A stretch of 64,000 nucleotides of DNA from Vulcanimicrobiaceae bacterium (GTDB lineage: Bacteria; Vulcanimicrobiota; Vulcanimicrobiia; Vulcanimicrobiales; Vulcanimicrobiaceae): positions 2,454 to 66,453 of the forward strand of contig DATBTT010000048.1 in NCBI GenBank assembly GCA_036559125.1, in the 5' to 3' direction. The notes under the pieces are model-generated. The model had not been told where the DNA came from. It saw only the letters and a list, made by a program, of their open reading frames with translations, and did no database searches. This document shows positions 34,671-43,764 of the stretch, piece by piece; the stretch's first letter is position 1, and each line of letters begins with the position of its first letter. The position numbers were made by a program, and so were the translations under genes.

Positions 34671-35648
34671 GTTCGCGCGCAGAAACCGGCGCACGTACCA
34701 TAATGCGATTCGGTCGTGGAAGCCGCCGGCGACGGTTTCAAATGCGTGATCGGCCCACGGGAGCACGATGTATTCGACCGGCACGCCGTCAGCGCGCAAG
34801 ATGTCGCGCAACACACCTTCGTAGTGGAGATCGACGACGTGGTCGCGCCCGGCCGCGATTAAAAGCACGGGCGGCATGCCCGCGTGCACGACATACCGTG
34901 GCGAACCACTGCGGTAACAACGCGGCCGTTGCTTTGGCGTGCCGCCGCACAGCGCGACCATGATCGATCGCACGTGAATGACGTCGGGTTTCGACGGATA
35001 CTCGTATCCGAGCCGCAGATCGACGGGGCTCTCGTACGTGATTACCGCATTCACTCGTCGCGGCCGCAGCGCGGCGGCGATCATCGCGAGTTGCGCTCCC
35101 GACGAGTGGCCGAGCAATGCAATGCGGGCGCCGTGGATGGCGTCGATGCGGCGCAAGACGGCATCGCGTTGCGCGGGCCAGCGCGCTTGCGGCGCGTGCG
35201 GGTAATCGATCGCGATCACGCGATATCCCCAGGAGGCAATCGTCGCGTTGAGCCGCGCGTCGTTTTTTGGGGTGCCGCGTTCCCAGGCGCCGCCGTATAT
35301 CGCGACGACGACCGGTGCGCCGCTTCGAGGCGGTGCGTTGGGCGAACGCGGCGGAATCGGCGCGACGAACGCGGAGAGCGGCACGTACGGTCCGCGTAAC
35401 AGATAAGCCGCAGGCGGGACCAGGGTGCACGACAAAGCGGTCGTCGAAAGAGCTGCCGCAATCCATCGCGAGCGACCGCGCGCACATCGCAACACGAGGG
35501 CCAGCGCGACCGCGTCGATGACGGTAACGATCGGCCATAGCTCCGTTTCGCCGACGGTAAGCACGAAGAGTCCGAGCGTGGGCCCGGGCACGACGATCCA
35601 TATCGAAAGTGCGAGGACGGTTATTGCGATCGCAAGCACGTCCACCAT
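34656..35648 (-). CDS. membrane-anchored alpha/beta hydrolase (esterase/lipase-like)
   Basis: Likely start is the internal Met at 35648 (MVDVLAIAITVLALSIWIVV). VVVAIYGGAWERG and the nucleophile elbow LLGHSSGAQLA. Confidence 0.65.
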   Translation of the reverse strand: MVDVLAIAITVLALSIWIVVPGPTLGLFVLTVGETELWPIVTVIDAVALALVLRCARGRSRWIAAALSTTALSCTLVPPAAYLLRGPYVPLSAFVAPIPPRSPNAPPRSGAPVVVAIYGGAWERGTPKNDARLNATIASWGYRVIAIDYPHAPQARWPAQRDAVLRRIDAIHGARIALLGHSSGAQLAMIAAALRPRRVNAVITYESPVDLRLGYEYPSKPDVIHVRSIMVALCGGTPKQRPRCYRSGSPRYVVHAGMPPVLLIAAGRDHVVDLHYEGVLRDILRADGVPVEYIVLPWADHAFETVAGGFHDRIALWYVRRFLRANLQGG

Positions 35649-35995
35649 ACCCAGGCGAGCAGCACGAGTTGTAAGGGCAGACGCACGTAGAAGGCGGTCG
35701 CGTTTGCGACATCCGCGTACAGGCTGGGATGCAGCGCCATTTGTAGATTTGCGGGAAAGACCGCGACGAGCAGTGCGATCAGACCGATACCGGCGCTGCG
35801 CCGCGTCGCCGGCACGAGCGCGCCGAGACCGCCCAAACATTCGCAAAAACCGCTGATTTGCACGAGCAGCAAATGCGCGGGAAGCGCCGGCGGCACGATG
35901 CGCACGTAGAACGGCGCATGCACGAAGTGATTGATCCCCGCGCCAATAAAAAAGATGCCGAGCAATACTAGCGCCACGCGGCGCGCGATGGCCAT
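35621..35995 (-). CDS. DoxX-like membrane protein
   Basis: 124 aa, four hydrophobic helices: LLGIFFIGAGINHF...FPANLQMAL. Confidence 0.55.
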   Translation of the reverse strand: MAIARRVALVLLGIFFIGAGINHFVHAPFYVRIVPPALPAHLLLVQISGFCECLGGLGALVPATRRSAGIGLIALLVAVFPANLQMALHPSLYADVANATAFYVRLPLQLVLLAWVWWTCLRSQ

Positions 35996-36058
35996 CGAGC
36001 GCCTATCGCCCGTCCGCGCGTTCGTTCCTGCCGCTGCGACCCGTCGCAGACAAGGCCG

Positions 36059-36607
36059 ATGCCTCGTAATTGCCGAAAATCGAAGTCCGTGAGAGCTTCA
36101 CGGATCCTGTTGTTGATCGCGCTGCTCGTGGTCGTCTCGGCCGCGTCGTGGCTCATCTTCTCCCGGCATCGCAGTCCGGTCGGAGACCATCTGACCGTTT
36201 ACTACACCAAGATCGACGGTCAGAGCGAAGTCGCTTGGGACGTTTCGATGCGCCCGCAACAGCGTGACGAGAGCGCGAAAGAGCATCTGCGAAATGCCGT
36301 GCTGTACGCCGCGACGCAAGCCGTGGCGGGGCCGCCCAGCACTATTCAAGCCGTTCGCTTTCCACCTGGAACCCACGTTATCTCCGCGAACGTTACCGGC
36401 TCGACGGCGATCGTGGACCTGTCGAAGCAAATCGAAACGCAGACCGGCACGTTCGGTGAAACGGGCGAGTTCAAGTCGCTGGTTTGGACCGTGACCGCAC
36501 TGCCCGGAATCAACGCCGTCGCCGTTCGCGTCGAAGGCCAAAAGCTTGAAACGCTGCCAGGGGGACATCTTGAGCTGGACCAACCGTTACAGCGTTCGGA
36601 TTTTTAG
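36059..36607 (+). CDS. GerMN-domain protein
   Basis: N-terminal TM, then LTVYYTKIDGQSEVAWDV...LRNAVLYAATQAVAGPP...TAIVDLS...LVWTVTALPGINAVAVRVEGQKLETLPGG. Confidence 0.7.
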   Translation: MPRNCRKSKSVRASRILLLIALLVVVSAASWLIFSRHRSPVGDHLTVYYTKIDGQSEVAWDVSMRPQQRDESAKEHLRNAVLYAATQAVAGPPSTIQAVRFPPGTHVISANVTGSTAIVDLSKQIETQTGTFGETGEFKSLVWTVTALPGINAVAVRVEGQKLETLPGGHLELDQPLQRSDF

Positions 36608-38477
36608 CGCGTTCGCGCTGCTCGTCATCGGCGTGCTTGCCGCGAACGTTCCGGCCGGCGCGCAGCAGCATGGAGCGTACGTCTTCGACGGTAAGCGCAT
36701 CCCGTTCACCCACCTTACGTCGCAAAACGGCAAGCCTGCGGTCGGCGTAAACGACCCCGGGCTCAAAGCGCTGCTCGACGACGTGGGCGCAACAATTACG
36801 TGGCAACCGGGACAACGCTACGTACTCGTCACCAGCGCAGAACCGCTCGTCGTGAGTTTTGCAGTGGGCGACACCCGGTACGACGTGGGCCCCGTAACCC
36901 AACAAGCCTCGTTTGCGCCGTTCCTCAAAGGCGGCGAAGCCTTCGTGCCGTTCGAGGAACTCGTTCGCGCGCTCGATCTGGCCCCCAAGCGCGACGGTAA
37001 CGACGTCGTGCTGCAACCGCAGCTCGCCTCGATCGACGTGCAGACAAGCGGCGACGGCGCAAAACTGGTTGCGCGCGCTGGGATTCCGCTCGACGCGCGT
37101 ATCGTCAGCGACGGCGACGGTAAGCTCGTGATCGCATTCGACGGAGTCGGGAGCACGCTGCAGCGCTCGCGTAGCGTGCGCGGCAACGGTTTGCGTCAGA
37201 TCGACATCAGCACCGAAGGCGACGTACGAAACCCGCGAACCATCGTGACGCTGCAACTCGCACCCGGTACGTCGCACGGCCCTCTCTCGACCGACGACCA
37301 GCGCGATTTCGCTATCGGGTTCAACGGCGCGAGCGCGGGACAAGCCGTCGCGTCCAATCCCGAGCCGTCCCAGGCGGACCAATCGTCCTCGCAGTCGTCC
37401 GAACAGCCCGCTTCGCCGGCGCCGCAATCGGGTACGACGGTAACCGCGGTCGATGGAGCGGTCATCGCGGCGGGGTATCAGGTACACGTTGCAGTAAGCG
37501 GGGATGCCTCATACGAATGGCATCGCTTGCGTCCGCCCGACAATCGCTGGTACGTCGACGTGCACGACGCGACGCTCGGCATGCCGGCAACCGACCAAAA
37601 CGGCGGCGGACCGGTGCAGTCCGTGCGCATTCGCCAAGCGGCGAATCAAACGGTTCGCATTGCGCTCTCGCTCGGCGACTACGACGTCGTCGACGTTCAG
37701 CCGACTGCATCTGGGCTAACGATTACCGTTTCAAACGCCATTGCGCAAATCGCGTCGACGGCGAAGACGGGCTCGGGCACGATCGGCAGCAGTGCCGTCG
37801 CAAACGCGGCACCGGCGACCGAACCGGTGGACGGTAATTGGAAATTCGCACCCCAACCCGGCGCGGCAAAGACGCACTACGACGCGCAGAATCCGCGGCT
37901 GATCGTCATCGATCCCGGGCATGGCGGAAGCGATCCTGGGACCGTGCACGGAGGGCTGCACGAGAAAACGCTGACGTTGGATATGGCCAAGCGCTTGCGT
38001 ACGATCCTCATCGCGCACGGCTGGCAGGTGATGATGACGCGCGATGTGGACAAGGACGTTTACGGCCCCTACGATTCGGCGCACGACGAGCTGCAGGCGC
38101 GCGACGATATCGCTAATAAGGCCGGTGCGCGCATGTTCGTGTCTATTCACGTCAATGGCTTCATGAACGCGGGTCCGCACGGCGTCACGACCTACTTTTC
38201 CAAATCCATCGACGTGCCGTTTGCGACCGACGTGCAGCGCCGCCTGGCCGCGAACCTGGGAGCGACCGATGACGGAATCGTCAAAAGTAAGCTGTACGTA
38301 ACGCTGCATGCGACGATGCCCGCGATTCTCGTGGAGACCGCATTCCTCACCAATCCCGACGATTACGCCAAATTGGATTCGCCGAGTTGGCGCCAGAAAG
38401 TCGCGCAAGCTATCGCCGACGGCATCGGCGACTATGCGGGCTCTGCGCCCGGCGATTCTCAAAACAGCGGTCAGTAG
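36546..38477 (+). CDS. N-acetylmuramoyl-L-alanine amidase (AmiC-like) with copper-amine-oxidase-like stalk and AMIN domains
   Basis: C-terminus: LIVIDPGHGGSDPGTV...EKTLTLDMAKRL...FVSIHVNGF...LVETAFLTNPDD. Start is uncertain (TTG 36546 or TTG 36570). It overlaps the end of the GerMN gene. Confidence 0.8.
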   Translation: MKRCQGDILSWTNRYSVRIFSAFALLVIGVLAANVPAGAQQHGAYVFDGKRIPFTHLTSQNGKPAVGVNDPGLKALLDDVGATITWQPGQRYVLVTSAEPLVVSFAVGDTRYDVGPVTQQASFAPFLKGGEAFVPFEELVRALDLAPKRDGNDVVLQPQLASIDVQTSGDGAKLVARAGIPLDARIVSDGDGKLVIAFDGVGSTLQRSRSVRGNGLRQIDISTEGDVRNPRTIVTLQLAPGTSHGPLSTDDQRDFAIGFNGASAGQAVASNPEPSQADQSSSQSSEQPASPAPQSGTTVTAVDGAVIAAGYQVHVAVSGDASYEWHRLRPPDNRWYVDVHDATLGMPATDQNGGGPVQSVRIRQAANQTVRIALSLGDYDVVDVQPTASGLTITVSNAIAQIASTAKTGSGTIGSSAVANAAPATEPVDGNWKFAPQPGAAKTHYDAQNPRLIVIDPGHGGSDPGTVHGGLHEKTLTLDMAKRLRTILIAHGWQVMMTRDVDKDVYGPYDSAHDELQARDDIANKAGARMFVSIHVNGFMNAGPHGVTTYFSKSIDVPFATDVQRRLAANLGATDDGIVKSKLYVTLHATMPAILVETAFLTNPDDYAKLDSPSWRQKVAQAIADGIGDYAGSAPGDSQNSGQ

Positions 38478-38486
38478 CGGCGCACA

Positions 38487-39275
38487 ATGCTCGGCCTTTT
38501 TGATTCCGGCCTCGGCGGCCTGACCGTCCTACGCCGGGTTCGGGAACTGTTGCCCGAACACGACGTACTGTTCTTCGCCGACCAGGCTCACGTGCCGTAC
38601 GGTGACCGGACACCCGAAGATTTGGTGCGATTGCTGCACCACAACGTCAAATGGCTCGACGCGCAGAATGTGGACGCGATCGTGATGGCGTGCAACACGT
38701 CCTGCGCGGTCGCGGATCGTGCGGGATGGCCGCCGGCTCGTGCGGTCGTGCTGGACCTCATCGAGTCGGCCGCAATCGCGGTCGAACGCTCCGGCTACCG
38801 CCGGATCGGCGTCGTAGCGACCGCCGCAACCGCGCACAGCGGATCGTATGCGCGGCAGATTTGCTTGCGCGTTCCCGACGCGCGTGTGACGGAGATCGGC
38901 GCGCCGAAACTGGTTCCGCTGGTCGAGGCGGGGATACTCGAGGGTGCGGTGCCCCGCGCCGCCGTCCAAGAGTACTGCGCGCAATTACCAGGTGACGTGG
39001 AAGCGGTCATCCTTGCGTGCACGCACTACCCGATGCTCGACGCTCACTTCGCGGAAGCGCTCGGTAGACGCGTCGCGCGGATCGATCCGGCGCTGGTCCA
39101 GGCCGAACGCACGGCACACTTGGTGCGAGAACGCAATTTCCCCACCGGAAACGGGTCGACGCGCTGCGTGACCAATGCGAACGTCGATGCCTTCGGCAAA
39201 AACGTCGCCCGGCTCGTTCCGCTGGACGCATCTCGAGGCGATCGCATCGAGGGCATCGTTCCATTGGCGCTCTAA
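38487..39275 (+). CDS. murI: glutamate racemase
   Basis: LGLFDSGLGGLTVL, FADQAHVPYG, VMACNTS, ILACTHYP. Confidence 0.9.
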   Translation: MLGLFDSGLGGLTVLRRVRELLPEHDVLFFADQAHVPYGDRTPEDLVRLLHHNVKWLDAQNVDAIVMACNTSCAVADRAGWPPARAVVLDLIESAAIAVERSGYRRIGVVATAATAHSGSYARQICLRVPDARVTEIGAPKLVPLVEAGILEGAVPRAAVQEYCAQLPGDVEAVILACTHYPMLDAHFAEALGRRVARIDPALVQAERTAHLVRERNFPTGNGSTRCVTNANVDAFGKNVARLVPLDASRGDRIEGIVPLAL

Positions 39276-39374
39276 AAACAGGGAATGAGCGGTCGGTAGG
39301 TTCAAGCCTGCGACGGAATGGGTACTTGTCTCGTTAGGATACCATCCTGCAATTCTTCGAGGAGCATACATACC

Positions 39375-39809
39375 ATGAAAATCGCACGCTATCTCTTAGC
39401 CGCGGTGGCGCTTGCCGCCACGACCGGCGCAGTGGCCATCGCTACCCCTAACACGATGCACCGCATGCACAATAGCATGGCCAAGACTACCCTGCAGATC
39501 AACATGGGGCCGCAAAACGGCTCCAAGCAAAACGGCACGGCAACGCTCAAACAACGGGGCGCGAATCTTTGGGTGAAAGTCAGTGTATTCAACGAACCTA
39601 AAGGCGCGACCGAAATGGCGCATATTCACCGCGGAACGTGCGCGAAGCTTAACCCCACGCCGTGGAAGCCGCTCAAGTCGATCGTCAATGGAACGTCGAC
39701 GACGACGGTTAGCGGAGTGACCATCGCCCAACTGAAGGCCGGTCATTACGCCGTAAACGTCCACGACGCCAAGAACCCCAAACGCTACGTTTCCTGCGGT
39801 AACATCTAA
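39375..39809 (+). CDS. secreted hypothetical protein (beta-rich, CHRD/SOD-like impression only)
   Basis: GAGGAG RBS. MKIARYLLAAVALAATTGAVAIA is a signal peptide. The ending HIHRGTC...YAVNVHD resembles Cu/Zn-SOD-like or CHRD folds, but this is not diagnostic. Confidence 0.45.
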   Translation: MKIARYLLAAVALAATTGAVAIATPNTMHRMHNSMAKTTLQINMGPQNGSKQNGTATLKQRGANLWVKVSVFNEPKGATEMAHIHRGTCAKLNPTPWKPLKSIVNGTSTTTVSGVTIAQLKAGHYAVNVHDAKNPKRYVSCGNI

Positions 39810-39818
39810 CCACCACTC

Positions 39819-39864
39819 TCACGCTGGGCGTGTCGAAGGGCGTCCTTCGACACGCTCAGGATGA
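39819..39864. repeat. REP-like inverted pair forming a 21-bp hairpin between convergent genes
   Basis: Arms tcacgctgggcgtgtcgaagg (39819-39839) and ccttcgacacgctcaggatga (39844-39864), 18/21 complementary, 4-nt loop. Confidence 0.8.
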
Positions 39865-39870
39865 CGGGAT

Positions 39871-40470
39871 CTACGCGCCGTCTTGCGGCGTTCGCACTAA
39901 CCGGTCGGGGTCGTAGCCGGCGGCGCGTACGCGCAGGTCGATCGTTGCGCGATCTGCCGCATCGACGGATGGCGTGCGCGAGAGTATCCACAAAAACTTC
40001 CGTTTCGGTTCGCCGACGATCGCGTAGCGGTAGTCAGGCGCCACATCCACGATCCAATAATCCGCCGAACCGAACGGCCCGAATTTCACGCGCAGCTTTG
40101 CCCCCGTGTCCCGGTTCGCAACGGTTGCGCGTCCTCGAACGCTATATCCGCGGCCGTCCTCGGTCGTGCAGCGGTTCTCGACGACGACGCGACGGCCACC
40201 CTTACCGAGCGTATATTCCGCGGTCGTGTTCTTCGCGCAGCGCCTCTCGAAGGGGTTCGGATAGCGCGCGATTTCAAACCAACGCCCCTGGTAGCGCTCG
40301 AGATCGACGTGCGGCGCCGTTTCCAACTCGGGAACGCGTTTAGAACGCATTCGACGCGCCCCGTACACGACCGCCGCACTCGTCGTAAAACCCGCGCCGG
40401 CCCAAGCCAACCCTTTGGAAGTATTCATGTAATTCATGTACCCGCCCGGCGCGATTCCCGCGGCTAGCAA
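39871..40470 (-). CDS. bacterial lipocalin (Blc-like)
   Basis: VDLERYQGRWFEIARYPNPFERRC...YWIVDVAPDYRYAIVGEPKRKFLWILSRTP. Start is uncertain (several Met near 40470-40428). Confidence 0.8.
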   Translation of the reverse strand: MLAAGIAPGGYMNYMNTSKGLAWAGAGFTTSAAVVYGARRMRSKRVPELETAPHVDLERYQGRWFEIARYPNPFERRCAKNTTAEYTLGKGGRRVVVENRCTTEDGRGYSVRGRATVANRDTGAKLRVKFGPFGSADYWIVDVAPDYRYAIVGEPKRKFLWILSRTPSVDAADRATIDLRVRAAGYDPDRLVRTPQDGA

Positions 40471-40485
40471 GCGGCTTCTGGTGCG

Positions 40486-41127
40486 CTACAAGTTTACGAT
40501 GTGGAAGAGTCTGAAAAAGAGCATGACCGAAAAAGTTGCGAGCGCGCAGCCGGCGATCACCTGCATGAGCGTGTGCGCCTTCAGGTATAAACGCGCCCAG
40601 CACACCATGGGGATAAGAACGAAGAAGGGCAAGAGTTCGCGGCCGTACAGCAGGGTGAGGGCGACGAGCGGCGCCGTGATTCCAAGGGCGTGCGTGCTGA
40701 TCTTCCAATAACGCGTGATGTACTGCACGACGATCGTCGAGAGCGTGTATCCGGCCATCGATGCGATGAGCAGCGCCGGCGCGTGCGTGAACCATAACGT
40801 GAGGGTGCCGGCCAAATAGAATACCACGAATGCTCCGAAGACGCGCTCGCGTTCTTCCCGGATCGACATGTCGAGATCCGATACGCGATCGGTTGCGTAC
40901 AGCCAAAACACGTAGAGCATCGGACCGATCGAAGTAAAAAACGTACTTAAGAAGAGCAGCCACCAAAAACTCGTAATGTCGGTCGCGCGCGCATGCGCGA
41001 AAATGATGAACAGCGCCAACGCCGTCAGGAACGGGTTGAACACGGTGGAGAGGATCTTGGCCAGATCGCGCCAGACGCGGCGGTTCTTGATCGGCAGCGG
41101 CGCGACCGAGTGATGCTCGTGCACCAC
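40486..41127 (-). CDS. PAP2-superfamily membrane phosphatase-like protein
   Basis: Six hydrophobic helices. KISTHA ... RLYLKAHTLMQVIAG resembles PAP2 motifs C2/C3. Confidence 0.55.
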   Translation of the reverse strand: MVHEHHSVAPLPIKNRRVWRDLAKILSTVFNPFLTALALFIIFAHARATDITSFWWLLFLSTFFTSIGPMLYVFWLYATDRVSDLDMSIREERERVFGAFVVFYLAGTLTLWFTHAPALLIASMAGYTLSTIVVQYITRYWKISTHALGITAPLVALTLLYGRELLPFFVLIPMVCWARLYLKAHTLMQVIAGCALATFSVMLFFRLFHIVNL

Positions 41128-41169
41128 TCCTACTAGGCCCGCGCGCCCGCAGACTCCTCTTAGAGCCTG

Positions 41170-42210
41170 CTAGTGAATCGGCGTCCCGAATTCCTGATCG
41201 TAGTAATCGCTGGAAAAACCGGGACTCGGGCCTTTTCCGTTGGGCACGATTGCCAAGCCGACCCAAATAAAACTCGGGTTGACGAGGTTGAGGAACTTTT
41301 GCGTGTTGGCGTTGTTCGGGCACGTTGAGAAGTTAGCGGGCTGCGGACAATTGGCGGCTTGCGCCATAATGTCGGTTTCCGCCGCGGGCCACGCGCTGGG
41401 GGTCTGTTTCTGGTCGATCGTGCTGCCCGTCGATGTGTACGTTCCACCGTGCGATTGTTCGTACGAGACGGCGTTCACGCACGAGGGATCGCTGAAAGGA
41501 CAGGCCGTCTGGTACGAGCCGGTCGTGCCCATGTAAGCGGCCCAGTGAGTCGCGCCTTCTTCGAGCGTCTCGTCGAAAACCAACGGCGAGGCGCCGTATG
41601 ACGGTCTTGCGCGGTCGGTATTGACCTGTGTCAACCACGCAATCTGATCGGGCGTCAACCGCGTCAGCGTCACCGGGCCGACTTGCGTGTTGAAACTCGT
41701 GATGTTGAACTTCTGGTGCAGCGTTGCATACCCCGATTGAAATATCTCCAGGTAGTTACTGCCCGGAATTAACGGCGTAATCGTAAACGACCCGTTGGGG
41801 GCGGTAGTAGCGCTCGCCGTAGGGTTTGCCGGCGGCGTCGCGCCTTGTACGATTTGTGGTTCGATGACGACTTCGGCACCGGCCACGGCGTTGCCGGAAC
41901 CGGCTTCCAGCACCGTGCCGCTTGCATAGTATCCGGTTGGGACCGGCGTCGGCGAACCGCCGGGATTCGGGCTGGTCGAGGCACCGGGCGCGGGAGTCGG
42001 CGTCGATCCGGGCGCGGGCGAGCCCGACGCGCTCGGCTGCGGAGTTGGCGACGACGATGATCCGCCACCCGGCGGTACCGGAACGATGCCGCCGCCTCCA
42101 CCGCCGCTACCGGCGATTGAAGGCAGCGACCCGCCGCCTCCGCTGCCGCCGCTGCACGCGCAAACCGTGCAAAGCAGAAAAAGCCCAAAGGTCGCGTTCG
42201 AGAATTTCAT
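41170..42210 (-). CDS. lipoprotein with G/S/P-rich linker, carboxypeptidase-regulatory-like domain and possible CAP/SCP domain
   Basis: MKFSNATFGLFLLCTVCAC lipobox, about 90 aa of Gly/Ser/Pro, then GTVLEAGSGNAVAGAEVVIE...NGSFTI, then C-terminal LTQVNTDRA...ATHWAAYM. Confidence 0.5.
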   Translation of the reverse strand: MKFSNATFGLFLLCTVCACSGGSGGGGSLPSIAGSGGGGGGIVPVPPGGGSSSSPTPQPSASGSPAPGSTPTPAPGASTSPNPGGSPTPVPTGYYASGTVLEAGSGNAVAGAEVVIEPQIVQGATPPANPTASATTAPNGSFTITPLIPGSNYLEIFQSGYATLHQKFNITSFNTQVGPVTLTRLTPDQIAWLTQVNTDRARPSYGASPLVFDETLEEGATHWAAYMGTTGSYQTACPFSDPSCVNAVSYEQSHGGTYTSTGSTIDQKQTPSAWPAAETDIMAQAANCPQPANFSTCPNNANTQKFLNLVNPSFIWVGLAIVPNGKGPSPGFSSDYYDQEFGTPIH

Positions 42211-42223
42211 CGCGTGCGGTTCT

Positions 42224-42889
42224 CTAACAGCCGCCGCCGTTGGACGGCGGCGGCGTGGGAAGCCCAGGCATCGGGGTCGGAAGACCGACGGTACCGTTGG
42301 CAGTTATGCTATTGAGCGTTGCGTCGTGGGCTTTGCTTACGCAATACAAGATGATCCCCGGGTACGCCGAGTGCGCGAACGCGCTGCTCGCGTTTGTCTT
42401 AGCGAACAACGCCCCGAGAATCGGCTGCAAGTATTTTGGTATGCTGACTCCGGCATTCGACGTTATTTGCGTTGCGGCAATGAAGCGCGATGCCAGAAAC
42501 GATGCGCCGCCCAAATCGGTAAACGTTACTTGGCACGTCGAACTCGTTACCGAGCCGGACCCGTCCACCGCTGCGTCCGGGCTCCATAGTGGCGGCGTCG
42601 ACGGCCCGGGGTACGGCGCGCTGTTGGTATATACGCCCGCCGGAGCCGTCGGGCATGGCACGGGCTGCGTGCCGCCGGCGAGATTTGCATAGATGTCGGC
42701 GGCAGTATACGCCTGCGTCTGTCCCTGTACGAACGATTCGACGCCCGCATAGCGCATGCCAAGTTGGGTGCGTTCGTTTACGATACCGAAATGCGCAATG
42801 TAGAGCATCGCAAAAATGACGAACAACCCAACCGGCATCATGAGCAGGGTTTCGACCAGCGTTTGACCGCGCATCGTCTCTAGTTGCAT
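42224..42889 (-). CDS. TadE-like minor pilin / pseudopilin
   Basis: Start is ATG 42889 or 42874. MQLETMRGQTLVETLLMMPVGLFVIFAMLYIAHF is a TadE-type N-terminus. The protein ends in ...NGGGC. Confidence 0.6.
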   Translation of the reverse strand: MQLETMRGQTLVETLLMMPVGLFVIFAMLYIAHFGIVNERTQLGMRYAGVESFVQGQTQAYTAADIYANLAGGTQPVPCPTAPAGVYTNSAPYPGPSTPPLWSPDAAVDGSGSVTSSTCQVTFTDLGGASFLASRFIAATQITSNAGVSIPKYLQPILGALFAKTNASSAFAHSAYPGIILYCVSKAHDATLNSITANGTVGLPTPMPGLPTPPPSNGGGC

Positions 42890-43764
42890 GAGTAATTCCC
42901 GGCTTGCAGCGCGCCCGCCCACGGCCGCAAACGGCCGACCCCGTACCAGTTGACGTTTACTTTCATGGCGGAATAGTCGACCGTGTATGCAGCGCTCGGA
43001 TAAGCATTCGCCCATTGCGTTTCAACGGGCTGATACACCTGATTTGTGGAGGGATTGATGGCCGTTCCCGGATCGAAAGACTCGCTTACTATTGGAGCGA
43101 CTACGCCCGCCGCACGACCGATCGCCTGAAATTGGCCGGAAACGTGCAGCAGAGACGATGCGAAATACGGAACGCTATGACACGCGACCACGTCGGCCTC
43201 GGTCGGGGTGCCGCTGCACTTTTTGCCCTGGCACTGACCGGCGTACGGCTGCGTGTTGACGTTGAACGCGAAGGCGCAATCGAAGTTCGAGCAGTCCGAT
43301 TGAATTGCCCGGAGGGCTTTTTTTTGATCGGCCTGTTGTCCGCCCTCGGTGAAGTTGTTGCCCTCTTGAAGTACCTGCAGATTCCCTTGATAAGCGCCGA
43401 CGGCCTGATTGTATTCGGCGACCAAAGTCCGATAGTTCTGGTCGCAACTGCCCCCGGCGGTTGGATCGCATTGCCCAAAACCGTCGATCGTATCCAGGAT
43501 GGCCTGATTGAGATAGCGGATCCGGTTTTCGTCAACCGCGCTAGCGTAGAGCATCGTAGAGATTTCATTGTAAACGTTTGCTTGCACGGAAAGCGCTGCG
43601 GCGGCTCCAGAATCGGCGGCATTCTGTGCGCGGATGTGCCACGTAACGATGTTCACGTAATTGCTGAGGAAAAAGAGCATGGTCAGCAACATGATGATGC
43701 CGAAGGACCAAAACGGAAGCGTTTGGCCTCTCTGGGCTTCCCGCGACGCAAGCTGCTTCAGCAT
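42880..43764 (-). CDS. TadG-like (Tad_N) pilus-associated protein, Cys-rich
   Basis: Start ATG 43764. MLKQLASREAQRGQTLPFWSFGIIMLLTMLFFLSNYVNIVTWHIRAQNAADSGAAAAL matches the TadG N-terminal pattern. Ten Cys residues. Confidence 0.6.
   Translation of the reverse strand: MLKQLASREAQRGQTLPFWSFGIIMLLTMLFFLSNYVNIVTWHIRAQNAADSGAAAALSVQANVYNEISTMLYASAVDENRIRYLNQAILDTIDGFGQCDPTAGGSCDQNYRTLVAEYNQAVGAYQGNLQVLQEGNNFTEGGQQADQKKALRAIQSDCSNFDCAFAFNVNTQPYAGQCQGKKCSGTPTEADVVACHSVPYFASSLLHVSGQFQAIGRAAGVVAPIVSESFDPGTAINPSTNQVYQPVETQWANAYPSAAYTVDYSAMKVNVNWYGVGRLRPWAGALQAGNYSCN

Noticed and set aside
36510-38462. 325-aa and 243-aa minus-strand ORFs inside the amidase gene
   Set aside because: Shadow ORFs. The plus frame has the Amidase_3 motifs.
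40340-41323. 327-aa minus-strand ORF overlapping the PAP2 and lipocalin genes in another frame
   Set aside because: Arg-rich, and it spans two well-supported genes. Rejected as off-frame.
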